From NCBI GenBank assembly GCA_049970055.1, contig JBMFNR010000001.1:597165-661164 (forward strand): a stretch of 64,000 nucleotides of DNA, written 5' to 3'. Below, piece after piece: positions 10,810 through 21,984 of this stretch. How positions within the stretch are numbered: the stretch's first letter is position 1; each line of letters starts with the position of its first letter. The stretch comes from Fervidobacterium sp. (lineage in GTDB: Bacteria > Thermotogota > Thermotogae > Thermotogales > Fervidobacteriaceae). A model generated the notes under the pieces. It saw only the letters and a program-made list of their open reading frames with translations. It made no database searches and had not been told where the DNA came from. A program made the position numbers and the translations under genes.

Positions 10810-11469
10810 TCACTTTGTCATTTTTTCCATTAACATATGTTTTATACCAAGAAGCCCCCTTGTTATATCCTCATTTTGTACAATTATATCTTCTGGCATT
10901 TTGAGTATCTTCGATGAAAAATTCCAAATAGCTTTAATTCCGTAACCTACAAGTACGTCTGCAACTTCCTGGGCAGCGTTGTCCGGTACACAAATTGCTG
11001 CAATTTTGACTTTGAACCTTCTGACTACTCTTGGAATGTCCTTTGGAGGCAAGATCATAAGCTCTCCAACCATCTGGCCTATCTTATTTGGATCGTTATC
11101 GAATATCGCTACCACTTGAACACCTATATTTCTGAAACCTTTGTAATTTGCCAACGCTTGTCCAAGATGTCCTGCGCCGACTATGATTATGTTTTCTTGG
11201 TCTTTTGTACCAAATAATTCGTCAAGTTCGTTCAAAAGTTCAGGAACGTGATATCCCACTTTTGGCTTCCCGACGGTGTTTAAAAAAGAGAAATCTTTCC
11301 TAACTTGTTCTGCGGTTATCTTCAATCTTTCAGCTATTTCCTCCGAAGATACATATTCACGATTTTCACTTACATAAAGTTGTGTCAGCAGAGAATGATA
11401 AAGCTTTAGCCTTTCAAACGTTGCTTTTGGAAATCTTAGTATCCCCTTTCTTTCTGCCGAGTTCATCAA
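10810..11469 (-). CDS. rex: Redox-sensing transcriptional repressor Rex (hydrogenase-linked paralog)
   Basis: PKATFERL, VRKDFS, GxxKVGY, GAGHLGQAL, IWNF; overlaps the hydA 3' end. Confidence 0.95.
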   Translation of the reverse strand: MMNSAERKGILRFPKATFERLKLYHSLLTQLYVSENREYVSSEEIAERLKITAEQVRKDFSFLNTVGKPKVGYHVPELLNELDELFGTKDQENIIIVGAGHLGQALANYKGFRNIGVQVVAIFDNDPNKIGQMVGELMILPPKDIPRVVRRFKVKIAAICVPDNAAQEVADVLVGYGIKAIWNFSSKILKMPEDIIVQNEDITRGLLGIKHMLMEKMTK

Positions 11470-13417
11470 GCGCCACCTCTTTTATTTTCTCAATTGTTGC
11501 TCTGTCTACTATTTTATCATTAACTAGGACATTTGGTGCCATTCCACAATTTTCAATACAAAAAGTCCCTTTTATCTCCAAATTCTTTGCCCAGTCTTCT
11601 GTGTTCGATAAATTGATGAGTTTTTCAAGTAATTCGTACGAACCTTTCGAATAGCATGATGTACCAAGACAAACACTCACGCTGATTTTTTCTTCTACGT
11701 CTGGTAATGGTAGTATTTCTATCTCTTTCTCCTCAACCCTTTTTCTGTGCTTATATTCTGTATGTAGCACCTCATGGGCTTTGTGACTTAGCGGTTGATC
11801 GAAATACTTATTGTATAACTCTCTCATGTAAAAATTCTCAGTTGGTGAAATGAGTACATCTATGCTTTGTATTTGCTTTAATATTTTCATGCGCTTTGAT
11901 CGTGTTCTTACATCGTTAGGATATGGTTGACCTCCCCCTCCTATACACCCAAAGTTACAGGCCATTACTTCCACAATATCGACATCCAATCTCTTTGCTT
12001 TTATATCATCCATTACTTTTCTAACATTTCCAAGCCCAAATACTGCGAGTCCTTTGACAGTTCCTCCACCTTTTATCTTCACCTGTGTAAGTATTATGCC
12101 CTGTGCGAGTTCTTGATTTGTAATATCTTCAACCTTGGATTTATCTTCGATAATACTAATGACACTACCTAGTACGCCTCCAGTCTTTCCAAAGCTTAAT
12201 CCTGATTGAGATGCGAGCCCATACGGACGGTCAAACGGTTCTGGCTCTATCATACTTATGTTTATTCCTGTTGATCTGAATAGTTTTACAAGCTCTCTAG
12301 TCGTTAAGACTATGTCAACATCTCCTTGAAATTCCTCACGCTGAGCTTCAAATTTCTTAGCAGAGCATGGCATTATTGATACAAGAACTATATCCTCTGG
12401 ATTAACTCCTACTTCTTTTGAATAATATTTCTTTATAATCGCACCAAGTGCCATTTGCGGAGATTTAACACTTGAAAGATGTTCCAAAAATTCCGGATAA
12501 TATTGTTCTGAAAACTTAACCCACGCAGGACAACATGATGTAAATTGCGGTAAATTTTCCTTCTTTTCTAACCTCTCGAGAAATTCGTGCGCCTCTTCGT
12601 ATGCCACAAGATCGGCAGCAAATGAAACATCAAAAACTTTCTTGAAACCAATCATCTTTAGTATTGAAACCATTTTTCCCGAAACCGTAATATCGTCTTC
12701 CAAACCAAATTCTTCTTGTAAAGAAGCTCTTACCGCAGGTGCGATCATTCCTATAACGTATTTTCCATGAGCTATTGCTTCGTAAACTTTGTCAACATCA
12801 TTTCTAATTGACAAAGCGCCAGTTGGACAGTAAGCAACGCATTGTCCGCAAAATACACATTCTGTATTTTCGAGTTTTTCTTCAAAAGAAGGAACAACCT
12901 GCGCTTCAAAACCTCTGTAAGCGAAATCTATAGCATTAACTGACTGAATTTCATCACACGCCCTTACACAATCTCCACAAAGTATACATTTTCCATTATC
13001 TCTTACAATTATCGATGAGCTGTCCACGATTGTTTTTTTCGAAATTTTCTCAAATCTGTTATTTGATAGGCCGAATTCCTGAGCATATTTTTGAAGCTTG
13101 CATTTTCCGTTCATTTCACAAGTTGTACAATCACCATCATGAGAAGCAAGTAATAGCTGGAGTATACCTTTCCTCATCTCGTAGATTTTTGGTGTATGTG
13201 TTTTTATACTCATTCCTTCTCTTGGGGTCAACGTACACGACGTTACTATATCTTTTCCGTCAACTTCAACAAGACACATTCTACATGCACCAAACACTGA
13301 TGTTTCTGAAAGATAACATAGATTAGGAATCTCTATACCTACTTCCCTAAGAGCTTCAAGAACATTGCGCGCATCATCTCTAATTTCTACTTCTCTACCG
13401 TTAACAGAAATTTTCAT
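11414..13417 (-). CDS. hydA: Trimeric bifurcating [FeFe]-hydrogenase alpha subunit
   Basis: H-cluster motifs TSCCPAW, MPCSAKK, EVMACNFGCIGGGGQP; N-terminal FeS domains; C-terminal thioredoxin-like 2Fe-2S domain. Confidence 0.95.
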   Translation of the reverse strand: MKISVNGREVEIRDDARNVLEALREVGIEIPNLCYLSETSVFGACRMCLVEVDGKDIVTSCTLTPREGMSIKTHTPKIYEMRKGILQLLLASHDGDCTTCEMNGKCKLQKYAQEFGLSNNRFEKISKKTIVDSSSIIVRDNGKCILCGDCVRACDEIQSVNAIDFAYRGFEAQVVPSFEEKLENTECVFCGQCVAYCPTGALSIRNDVDKVYEAIAHGKYVIGMIAPAVRASLQEEFGLEDDITVSGKMVSILKMIGFKKVFDVSFAADLVAYEEAHEFLERLEKKENLPQFTSCCPAWVKFSEQYYPEFLEHLSSVKSPQMALGAIIKKYYSKEVGVNPEDIVLVSIMPCSAKKFEAQREEFQGDVDIVLTTRELVKLFRSTGINISMIEPEPFDRPYGLASQSGLSFGKTGGVLGSVISIIEDKSKVEDITNQELAQGIILTQVKIKGGGTVKGLAVFGLGNVRKVMDDIKAKRLDVDIVEVMACNFGCIGGGGQPYPNDVRTRSKRMKILKQIQSIDVLISPTENFYMRELYNKYFDQPLSHKAHEVLHTEYKHRKRVEEKEIEILPLPDVEEKISVSVCLGTSCYSKGSYELLEKLINLSNTEDWAKNLEIKGTFCIENCGMAPNVLVNDKIVDRATIEKIKEVALDELGRKKGDTKISKSNV

Positions 13418-13438
13418 CGCCCATCACCCTCCCGAAAA

Positions 13439-15334
13439 TCAAACAAGTTCGATTGCGCCGAATTTACATTTTGTTACGCATAATCCACACTTGACACATT
13501 TGTCTTGGTCAATCACATATGGCTTTCCTCTTTCTCCGCTGATCGCATTATTTGGACAACTCCTGGCACATAAACTACAGCTCCTACATTTATCAGGATT
13601 AATTATGTACTTCTTAAATGCTGTACACATCCCGCTAGGGCATTTACCTTCTATATGCTCAATGTACTCATCTTTGAAGTACTTTAGCGTACTAATTATA
13701 GGATTAGGTGCTGTCTTTCCAAGACCACAAAGAGATGCAGTTTTGATTATCTCCGAAAGGTATTCAAGAGTTTCGAGATCTTCATACGTTGCTTTGCCTT
13801 GCGTAAATTTTTCGAGTATATTGTATGCTTGCATTGTTCCTTCTCTGCACGGTACGCACTTTCCACATGATTCACGCTTTGTGAAATCAAGGAAGAATCT
13901 TGCAACTTCAACCATACATCTATCTTCCGTTATTGCAACAATACCACCAGAGCCAACCATTGCGCCGACAGATTTCAGCGTATCGTAGTCTAACGGCAAA
14001 TCGAATAGTTCCTCGGGAAGACACGCACCGGAAGGACCACCTATTTGAATTGCTTTTATCCTTTGCCCGTTAGAAGTACCTCCGCAAATGTTATCTAGTA
14101 TATACCTCAAAGTTGTTCCAAACTGAATTTCGATGATACCAGTAAGTTTAAGTGGACCTGTGACAGAGAACATTTTTGTACCAGGTGAATTCTCAACTCC
14201 AAGTTTTCTGTAATTTTCAACACCACTTCTAATTATTTTGGGCACGTTGGCGTAAGTTTCAACGTTATTTATAAGCGTTGGTTTACCCCACAAACCAGAT
14301 TGTGCTGGGAACGGGGGTCTTGGTCTTGGAACACCGCGCTTACCTTCAATAGATGCCAAAAGTGCAGTTTCTTCGCCGCATACGAACGCGCCAGCGCCTT
14401 CTTTCACATACAACTCAAATGAAAAATCTGTTCCAAGTATATTTTCACCAAGAAGTCCATATTCCCTAGCATCCTCTATTGCTTTGTTGAACATTTCAAC
14501 AGCTATAGGATACTCCGCTCTAATGTAGGCATACCCTTTTTGTGCACCTATGGCGTATGCAGCAATTATCATTCCTTCAAGTACAGAATGTGGGTCTCTC
14601 TCAAGCAATGTACGGTTCATAAATGCGCCAGGATCGCCTTCGTCAGCATTACAAACGATGTATTTTACTTCACTCTTACTGTTGTATGCTGCTTCCCATT
14701 TCAGACCTGTTGGAAAACCTCCCCCACCACGACCACGTAGGCCAGATTTTTTAACAATTTCGATTATTTCTTCTCTGCTCATTTCTGAAAGTACTTTAGC
14801 AAGTGAAGAATACCCACCACGTGCCATATAATCCTCTATACTCTCGCACTCACTTGTCCCTATTGCTTCCATAATGTAGAACGTTTGATTTTTGAAGAAT
14901 GTTGCATTTTCAAGCCTTTCAACTTTCGTATTCGTAATAGGATCCGTAAGCAGCAACCTTTCTATTGGTTCACCTTTTAATAGTGTCTTCTCGATAATTT
15001 CTTCAACATCATTCACTTTGACGTGACTGTACGTTATACCATATGGCATAATTTTTACAAGAGGCCCAAGCGAACAAAGGCCACAGCACCCTGTTTTTTT
15101 CACTGGATCATCGTTATCATCTATTTTTCCAATCTCTATATCCAATACTCTTTCTTTTATTACCTGGGCAAACTTTTCGTAGACTTTTCTCGAACCACTA
15201 GCTGTACAACCAGTACCTACACACACATACACGGAAGGTTTTTTAAGTTTCATTTCTCTTTTCGCTTTCAGTAATTCTATGTATCTTAATAGCTCACCTG
15301 CGTTATTAACTTTTCTATCAATTGAAACTGACAT
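13439..15334 (-). CDS. hydB: [FeFe]-hydrogenase beta subunit (NuoF-like, FMN/NADH)
   Basis: GRGGGGFPTG, CNADEGDPGAFM, GAGAFVCGEETAL, C-terminal 2x4Fe-4S. Confidence 0.95.
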   Translation of the reverse strand: MSVSIDRKVNNAGELLRYIELLKAKREMKLKKPSVYVCVGTGCTASGSRKVYEKFAQVIKERVLDIEIGKIDDNDDPVKKTGCCGLCSLGPLVKIMPYGITYSHVKVNDVEEIIEKTLLKGEPIERLLLTDPITNTKVERLENATFFKNQTFYIMEAIGTSECESIEDYMARGGYSSLAKVLSEMSREEIIEIVKKSGLRGRGGGGFPTGLKWEAAYNSKSEVKYIVCNADEGDPGAFMNRTLLERDPHSVLEGMIIAAYAIGAQKGYAYIRAEYPIAVEMFNKAIEDAREYGLLGENILGTDFSFELYVKEGAGAFVCGEETALLASIEGKRGVPRPRPPFPAQSGLWGKPTLINNVETYANVPKIIRSGVENYRKLGVENSPGTKMFSVTGPLKLTGIIEIQFGTTLRYILDNICGGTSNGQRIKAIQIGGPSGACLPEELFDLPLDYDTLKSVGAMVGSGGIVAITEDRCMVEVARFFLDFTKRESCGKCVPCREGTMQAYNILEKFTQGKATYEDLETLEYLSEIIKTASLCGLGKTAPNPIISTLKYFKDEYIEHIEGKCPSGMCTAFKKYIINPDKCRSCSLCARSCPNNAISGERGKPYVIDQDKCVKCGLCVTKCKFGAIELV

Positions 15335-15335
15335 T

Positions 15336-15860
<525 letters not shown>

Positions 15861-15869
15861 CTACATAAT

Positions 15870-15957
15870 TCGTGAATTTTTTATCGTTATTATATTCACG
15901 AATATAATAACCTAAAAATCGCTACTAGTCAAGCTATTATTTGGAATTTTTTCACGA
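15870..15957. promoter_or_regulatory. Degenerate Rex-operator-like sites upstream of hydC
   Basis: TCGTTAT-TATA-TTCACGA (15884-15901), TTTGGAA-TTTT-TTCACGA (15940-15957) and half-site TCGTGAA at 15870, versus consensus TTGTGAA-N4-TTCACAA. Confidence 0.55.
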
Positions 15958-16064
15958 AATAAAATAAGGTAAGACTAATAAACCAAAGCGAGTTGTTTTC
16001 TGAGAAAAAGCAGGTATAATTGTTTTTGTGAAGTTTATAAAAGGTAGAGAGGAGCTTAAATGGA

Positions 16065-17084
16065 ATGATAGGTAATTCAAATGCGTTGAAAGTTTCTGTT
16101 GTGCTGCCTGTTAAAGATGAGGAAAGGACTATAGAAAATGTGTTAAGGGCTTTGCTTTCTTCTGAGTACGAAAATATTGAGATCTTAGTTGTTGATGGCA
16201 TGAGCAAAGACAAAACTCCAAATATTGTAGAAAAATTTTGCAAACTATACGCAGGAAAAGTTAAATTATTGAAAAATGAAAAAGGGCATACGCCTGCCGG
16301 ATTAAACATAGGAATCATGAATGCATCGGGTAAGTACATAATGATTGCAAGTGGACACGCTTCGTACTCTAGAAATTATATTCGCGATTGTGTGGATGCA
16401 ATAGAAAGTGGTTTGTGTGATGTGGCTGGCGGGGTTATGGAAGTCGTACCGAGAAGTGATTCGTTAAAGGCAAGAGCAATAGCATACGTTTTGAAGCATC
16501 CATTTGGTGTTGGCGGTGCAAAGTATAGAATTGGTGCTAACAAGAAAACATACGTAGATACTGTTGCGTACGGAGTCTATAAAGAGGAAATATTCAAAAG
16601 TGTAGGACTTTTTGATGAGAATTTGGTTAGAAATCAAGATATCGAGTTCAACATAAGACTGAAAAGACACGGTTACAAAACAATGCTTGTACCAGAAGCG
16701 AGAGCTTATTATTTTTCCCGTGATACTTACAAAGGCCTTTGGTGGAACAATTTTGCAAATGGATTTTGGGTTTTGCACAGTCATAAGTTTGTTAAATATG
16801 CCTACCGTCTAAGACATCTGATACCATTTTTCTTTGTCCTGTATCTTTTAAGTCTACCTATGTATTTCTTTCTTCAGTTGAATGTTCTCAAATCACTTTT
16901 ATTTTCCCCGCTGATTTTGTATTTTTTCTTTGATATATACTTCTCCATTAAATGTGCTTTAGAAAACAGAAACACTAAAATCTTCTTTTATGCGTTTTGG
17001 GCATTTTTCGTTTTACATCTTTCATATGGTTTTGGATCTTTATTTGGTTTGTTGAGTCTAATCAAAAGAGCTCACTCAGAATAA
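16065..17084 (+). CDS. GT2 glycosyltransferase (ExoA-like) with C-terminal TM helices
   Basis: VSVVLPV, VVDGMSKD, RNQDIEFNIR. Confidence 0.85.
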   Translation: MIGNSNALKVSVVLPVKDEERTIENVLRALLSSEYENIEILVVDGMSKDKTPNIVEKFCKLYAGKVKLLKNEKGHTPAGLNIGIMNASGKYIMIASGHASYSRNYIRDCVDAIESGLCDVAGGVMEVVPRSDSLKARAIAYVLKHPFGVGGAKYRIGANKKTYVDTVAYGVYKEEIFKSVGLFDENLVRNQDIEFNIRLKRHGYKTMLVPEARAYYFSRDTYKGLWWNNFANGFWVLHSHKFVKYAYRLRHLIPFFFVLYLLSLPMYFFLQLNVLKSLLFSPLILYFFFDIYFSIKCALENRNTKIFFYAFWAFFVLHLSYGFGSLFGLLSLIKRAHSE

Positions 17085-17117
17085 TGTCAAGGAATGATCT
17101 TAATTTTTTTACTCTCT

Positions 17118-18188
17118 TTATCTTAGTATGCTCATTAATATTCTTTCGGATGCTTTTCCATCACCGAATGGATTTTCTCTACCTTCAGGTTTGAATTCCA
17201 GTGCTTTTTTTAGACTTTCTAAAACTTTTTGAGTCGTCGTACCAGCAAGCACTCCAAAACCACTCTCAATTACCTCCGGTCTTTCAGTTGTTTCTCTGCA
17301 TACAACAACAAATTTTTTAAACGTCGGGGCTTCCTCCTGTAACCCTCCGCTGTCACTTGCTAAGAAAAGTGCGTCTTTCAAAAGAGCAGTCATTACTATA
17401 TAATTTACTGGTTCTATTAACTTGGCATATTTGCAGTCGTTAAGTTCACTATACACAATTTCTCTGACTTTTGGATTTTTATGCACCGGGAATACAAAAT
17501 CAATCTTTTCCTCCTGTGCAAATTGTTTGATAGCTGTGAGTACGTTTCTCATTTTTTCTCCTATATTTTCTCGTCTGTGCAAGGTGACGACAAAATAATT
17601 TGTATGGTTGATGAATTTTCTTCTGACACTCTCAAGGTCGAATTTGTTTATTACATACATCTGGGCATCGATAACGGTATTACCTGTTACTAATATCCGA
17701 CTTTGGGGAAAGTTTTCTTTCAAAAGAGTGTTCATTGCAAATTTAGTTGGTGCAAAGAGTTTTTCTGAAACTTGATCTATTACTCTCCTATTCATTTCCT
17801 CGGGGAATGGATCGTATAAAGTTCCACTTCTTAGACCTGCTTCTACGTGTCCAACTTTGATGGATTTATTAAAAGCTGCAATTGCAGCTGCCATAGCTGT
17901 TGTTGTATCACCTTGTACAAGTATCCAATCGTATTTTCTCTCGCTTGCTAACTTTTCAAATTTCATTACAACTTTATAGGTAACATTATTGAGAGTTTGA
18001 TTGTGTGTCATGATATTCATATCGTAATCAGCTTCAATGTTAAATACTTCCTTCATCATATCAACCATTTCTCTATGTTGTCCGGTGCATATGAAATCTG
18101 CATCTATACCCAATTCCTTGGCTTTTAAATAAACCGGTGCCATTTTGATAATCTCGGGTCTCGTACCGAATACAATTCCAACTCTCAT
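17118..18188 (-). CDS. wecB: UDP-N-acetylglucosamine 2-epimerase (non-hydrolysing)
   Basis: FGTRPE, TGQH, QGDTTT, HVEAGLR, PFPEEMNR, TLHRREN, SDSGGLQEE. Confidence 0.95.
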   Translation of the reverse strand: MRVGIVFGTRPEIIKMAPVYLKAKELGIDADFICTGQHREMVDMMKEVFNIEADYDMNIMTHNQTLNNVTYKVVMKFEKLASERKYDWILVQGDTTTAMAAAIAAFNKSIKVGHVEAGLRSGTLYDPFPEEMNRRVIDQVSEKLFAPTKFAMNTLLKENFPQSRILVTGNTVIDAQMYVINKFDLESVRRKFINHTNYFVVTLHRRENIGEKMRNVLTAIKQFAQEEKIDFVFPVHKNPKVREIVYSELNDCKYAKLIEPVNYIVMTALLKDALFLASDSGGLQEEAPTFKKFVVVCRETTERPEVIESGFGVLAGTTTQKVLESLKKALEFKPEGRENPFGDGKASERILMSILR

Positions 18189-18473
18189 AGTTGCACCTCC
18201 GAACGGATTGTTCATAAGGTTAACCCTTTGGTCTAAGTACGTATAAAAGTCTATGTTTTTTTAGCCCTTCCGTATCTATTACCGATAATCTTTTCGTATG
18301 ACATACTCTGATAATCCATGTTGTAAAGTAAGCAGCAAAAGTAGAAAACGAAGCCGCAAGGCAAGGTTTTTGTATTCGTTCGAAATATTCCACCTCTTCA
18401 ATGTTAATAATCATTCTGACACATTTACAATGAAAATGAGATTTGTTGATAAATTAGATTTCCATCTTTGAGG

Positions 18474-19685
18474 TCATCTTCTTGCCAGCGTTTCTTTGTA
18501 AAGGTTCAACTCTTTTTGAACGACATTTAACCAAGTATATTCACGAGTTCTTTCAATAAGTTCACTTTCGTTATAGCCATCTTTCAGTACTTTTATAACT
18601 CGCTGAGCGAACCTTTCTTCAAAACCATTCCCGTCTTCAACCACATATTCATTAAATCCAATAGCTTCAGGTATACCACCATTATTACTTCCAATAACGC
18701 ACGTCCCACAAGCTTGAGCTTCTAAGACAACACATGGCCAACCTTCACTTCTGCTTGGTAGTAACATTACATCCATAGCATTCATATATTGTGCTACTTT
18801 TTCATGTGGAACTCTTCCAGAAAAAATGGCGTTGTACTTTTTCAACTCCTTTTCGAGTTTGCTCTTTAAAGGCCCATCTCCAACAATTAGGAATATGGTA
18901 TTCTTCACTTCGTTTGAAATAAATTTGAATATTTTAGGCAATTTGTCAGCTCGCTTTACGTAAACTAGATTCCCTACAAAGCCAACATATTTAAAATCTG
19001 GATGATATATTCCAAGTTCCTTTCTAACTTTAGTCTTATCCATTGGTCTGAATATTTCGTCGTCAAATCCATTAGGAATGATTTGATAATTTTTTCCCGA
19101 GTAACCAAAGCTAATTGCTTTATCAAGCAATGCTTTGCTTACAAATATAACTTTCGATGCGTTTTCAAGAACTTCGAGATAATAAGGTCTCAAAAGCTTA
19201 TTTTTCATTTGATAGTTTATATCACTACCATGTACGGTTACAATAAATGGGATTTTTAAACTTCGTGAAATTTCGTAAGCAACAAATCCCGCAGGCACTG
19301 GCATGTACATTCCGTGAGCGTGTATTATATCGAACTTTTCTAGACCGTAATTTTTCAACTGCTGTTCGATCGTTTTATAACGGGGCATCCACTTTTTATA
19401 AAAGTGTTTATAAAAACCTGCTCTTGTCTCAAGTGCGTCGAAAAAATTTCTTTCAACATAAGTTGGTAAGTATGATACATTTTCTCGCTCGCGAACAGGT
19501 TCAACCATTGATTTTTTGGTCAAGTATTTGATGAATTTAAGTGGCTTACTTTCTCTGAAAGCAATTGCAACAGCTGTGTACTTCACTTGAAGATCACTGT
19601 ACTTTCTAAGTCTATTAGTGATAAATATGCCACTTGTAGGGTTATTTTTCAATGGGTATAAATTCGTAATAACCAACACATTCAT
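18474..19685 (-). CDS. GT4 glycosyltransferase (TuaC-like)
   Basis: HGSD, IIPNG, SRSEGWPCVVLEA (EX7E). Confidence 0.88.
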   Translation of the reverse strand: MNVLVITNLYPLKNNPTSGIFITNRLRKYSDLQVKYTAVAIAFRESKPLKFIKYLTKKSMVEPVRERENVSYLPTYVERNFFDALETRAGFYKHFYKKWMPRYKTIEQQLKNYGLEKFDIIHAHGMYMPVPAGFVAYEISRSLKIPFIVTVHGSDINYQMKNKLLRPYYLEVLENASKVIFVSKALLDKAISFGYSGKNYQIIPNGFDDEIFRPMDKTKVRKELGIYHPDFKYVGFVGNLVYVKRADKLPKIFKFISNEVKNTIFLIVGDGPLKSKLEKELKKYNAIFSGRVPHEKVAQYMNAMDVMLLPSRSEGWPCVVLEAQACGTCVIGSNNGGIPEAIGFNEYVVEDGNGFEERFAQRVIKVLKDGYNESELIERTREYTWLNVVQKELNLYKETLARR

Positions 19686-20815
19686 ATTTCTGCACTCCCA
19701 ATTATGAAATCAATAAATTCCCTTTCTTTGTTTTCATCCCAGACAAATAGGTTTTTGTATTTTTCAACGTTTTCGATGTATTTTTGGTAATTTTCACTTG
19801 CAACCAAAACTTTTTGTACAGAAAAGTTTACGTCGGTAGGATCTATCACAACACCTATACCCAATCTTTCTACGATTTTCTTCATCGATACGAATGAGTC
19901 TTTAACTATCACGGGTGTGCCAGCTGCCAAAGAATCGAAAAACTTGTTTGGAAGCGAATAAATATGATTTACGTAATCTCGTTTATTAATCGTTGAAGAC
20001 GAGACCAACGAAAACAGTGCTTTTGCGATTTCTTCGAGCATTTTATCGTATGGGAGAAGACCCATTGAAGTGTGAGGAATATCTTCAAGCTCCGAAGTGT
20101 CCATTCCAATTACTTTAAATTTAAACCCTTTTTCGATCAGATTTTTAATTATTTGCTTTTCTTCCCTTAGTTTTCTGGGAATCTTCCCTACGAAGACTAT
20201 TTCCTTTTTCTTTTTATCAATTTGCTCAATATTCTCAATTTTTCTGCACGATCCATTGGCGTAGTTTGGCAAGACCATAACTTTTTTGTCGCTAAGTTGA
20301 ATGATATTCTTGTCTACATGGCTAATCATTTCTTCACTTACAAATATCAATTTGTCTGATAATTCAATCTGCTTTCTGAATACTTCATTCATTACCCGTT
20401 CTTTAGCTTTTTCAATTATCCCAGGCAGATTAGCTAAAAAGTTTTGGGGATGGTATTCATGTATGTCAAATACTACCATTTTTCCACGTCCTTTGGCGAT
20501 CACGAAAGGCAATAAAGGCTTTGTCGGAAGAAAATGATGCAAATATAAAATATCAAATTCCGTTCTAGTAATTAGTTCTATAATTTGCTCATCAAATTTA
20601 CGTCTTTTAATCATCTTAAAAACGGGGTTCTGAGATTCATTTTCCTTCCATAATATGGGAACAAACGATATATTCCCGGAAGTATACGGACGTTCTGGTA
20701 CGGTTGTTAAATATTGGTAAGTAACACAAAAAACTTTAGAGAGTGAATTCACAGTTCTTAGAACTCTCTTATCATCTTTAGAGTGCATATATCCTATCAC
20801 AAGAACTCTCTTCAA
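19682..20815 (-). CDS. GT4-like glycosyltransferase
   Basis: HSKDDKRV, FDIHE, SLPNKFFDSLAAGTPVI. Confidence 0.8.
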   Translation of the reverse strand: MKRVLVIGYMHSKDDKRVLRTVNSLSKVFCVTYQYLTTVPERPYTSGNISFVPILWKENESQNPVFKMIKRRKFDEQIIELITRTEFDILYLHHFLPTKPLLPFVIAKGRGKMVVFDIHEYHPQNFLANLPGIIEKAKERVMNEVFRKQIELSDKLIFVSEEMISHVDKNIIQLSDKKVMVLPNYANGSCRKIENIEQIDKKKKEIVFVGKIPRKLREEKQIIKNLIEKGFKFKVIGMDTSELEDIPHTSMGLLPYDKMLEEIAKALFSLVSSSTINKRDYVNHIYSLPNKFFDSLAAGTPVIVKDSFVSMKKIVERLGIGVVIDPTDVNFSVQKVLVASENYQKYIENVEKYKNLFVWDENKEREFIDFIIGSAEI

Positions 20816-20890
20816 GATCCCATAACCTCCCAAAAATTATAATACGCAAGCTTACAGAAAAACATAGCATGTTGTAGCACTACCTGAAAG

Positions 20891-21346
20891 TCAGAATTTG
20901 AAGATCTTTTCTAGTAATCTAAGGAATCTGGTTGTTATAAATTCCTTTTTAGTATCGAGTGGTTCGACTTTTATCGTATATGCTCCCAAAAATTTTCCAA
21001 AAAGTATATCTGTAAAAAACTGGTCGCCTATAACAACTATCTGGCTTTTATCATTGAGATAATTTCCAATCTTTCTTTGGACTTTAAACGGGAATGGTTT
21101 CAAAGCACGCCAGATAACTGGAATTTTGATATTTAAAGTTCGTGGTTTCCCATTGGAAACGATGTAAACAATGGCACCATTTGAGATGAGATAATTGAAT
21201 ATCTGCTCTATATTTTTTGGTATCATCGTCGATTTCCAAGCATTTATGGTGTTATCAAAATCAAAAAGAAAAACCCTCTTACCTTGCAAGAGTAGAGTTT
21301 TAAAATCTATATCATCTATAAATCTGACTTTCAGATCTGGTTTCAA
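20891..21346 (-). CDS. YqeG-family HAD IIIA phosphatase
   Basis: DFDNT, VSN, ALKP, IGDQFFTD. Confidence 0.88.
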   Translation of the reverse strand: MKPDLKVRFIDDIDFKTLLLQGKRVFLFDFDNTINAWKSTMIPKNIEQIFNYLISNGAIVYIVSNGKPRTLNIKIPVIWRALKPFPFKVQRKIGNYLNDKSQIVVIGDQFFTDILFGKFLGAYTIKVEPLDTKKEFITTRFLRLLEKIFKF

Positions 21347-21348
21347 AA

Positions 21349-21972
21349 CTACCCCTCCAAAAATGGCATGATGGAGACGCTGATTTTACTTCTAACAAGT
21401 TTCTTGACTTTTTGAACGGTGTTATCAACCTTTTTGAAATTTACTCCAACTTTTTCCTCTATTTCTTTATAGCTGTACCCATCAAGCCACAATTCGAATA
21501 TTTGTGTTTCTTCTTCATTTAAGCGTTCCAGTATCTCTTCGTGGATCATACTTAGTATGGTTTTTCTCACCACGTTGGTACTTGTACTATCATCAGATAT
21601 AAAATAATCAATTTGTTCGTCGTCAACATCATCATATACAGAATCCATACTTGTTGAATCGGAAAGCATTTTGTTCTTCTTTCTGTTTTGATATGTTATG
21701 AATGATTTTATTTCTGATTCAATGCTTCTCCAAGCAAATGTTGAAAATGAACTTTTACCTTCCTCAAAATAGTAAATAGCTTTTATCAAACCAATGAGGC
21801 CATTTTGAACTATATCGTCGAATTCTGCCCAAGGAGCATAAAATTGTGAAGCAATTCTCACAACCATCGGATAATATTTTTCAATTAGTAGGTCAACTGC
21901 TTCATTTAACCCGCTTTGTGCAAGTTCGACCAATTTTTCCGTTGGCTTGCTCCTGAGAACGTACTTAATCAT
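21349..21972 (-). CDS. sigH: SigH-like sigma-70 family factor
   Basis: DDIVQNGLIGLIKAI, FSTFAW, GYSYKEI, KKVDNTVQKVKK. Confidence 0.85.
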   Translation of the reverse strand: MIKYVLRSKPTEKLVELAQSGLNEAVDLLIEKYYPMVVRIASQFYAPWAEFDDIVQNGLIGLIKAIYYFEEGKSSFSTFAWRSIESEIKSFITYQNRKKNKMLSDSTSMDSVYDDVDDEQIDYFISDDSTSTNVVRKTILSMIHEEILERLNEEETQIFELWLDGYSYKEIEEKVGVNFKKVDNTVQKVKKLVRSKISVSIMPFLEG

Positions 21973-21984
21973 GCATTATCATTC

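Noticed and set aside
10795..10815. Rex operator over the candidate sRNA promoter (AAGTGAA-GTTA-TAATGAA)
   Set aside because: Only one half-site matches; too weak in AT-rich DNA
18220..18414. 64-aa ORF between the GT4 gene and wecB
   Set aside because: No SD before its ATG and no recognisable motif; it may be a decayed gene but cannot be supported
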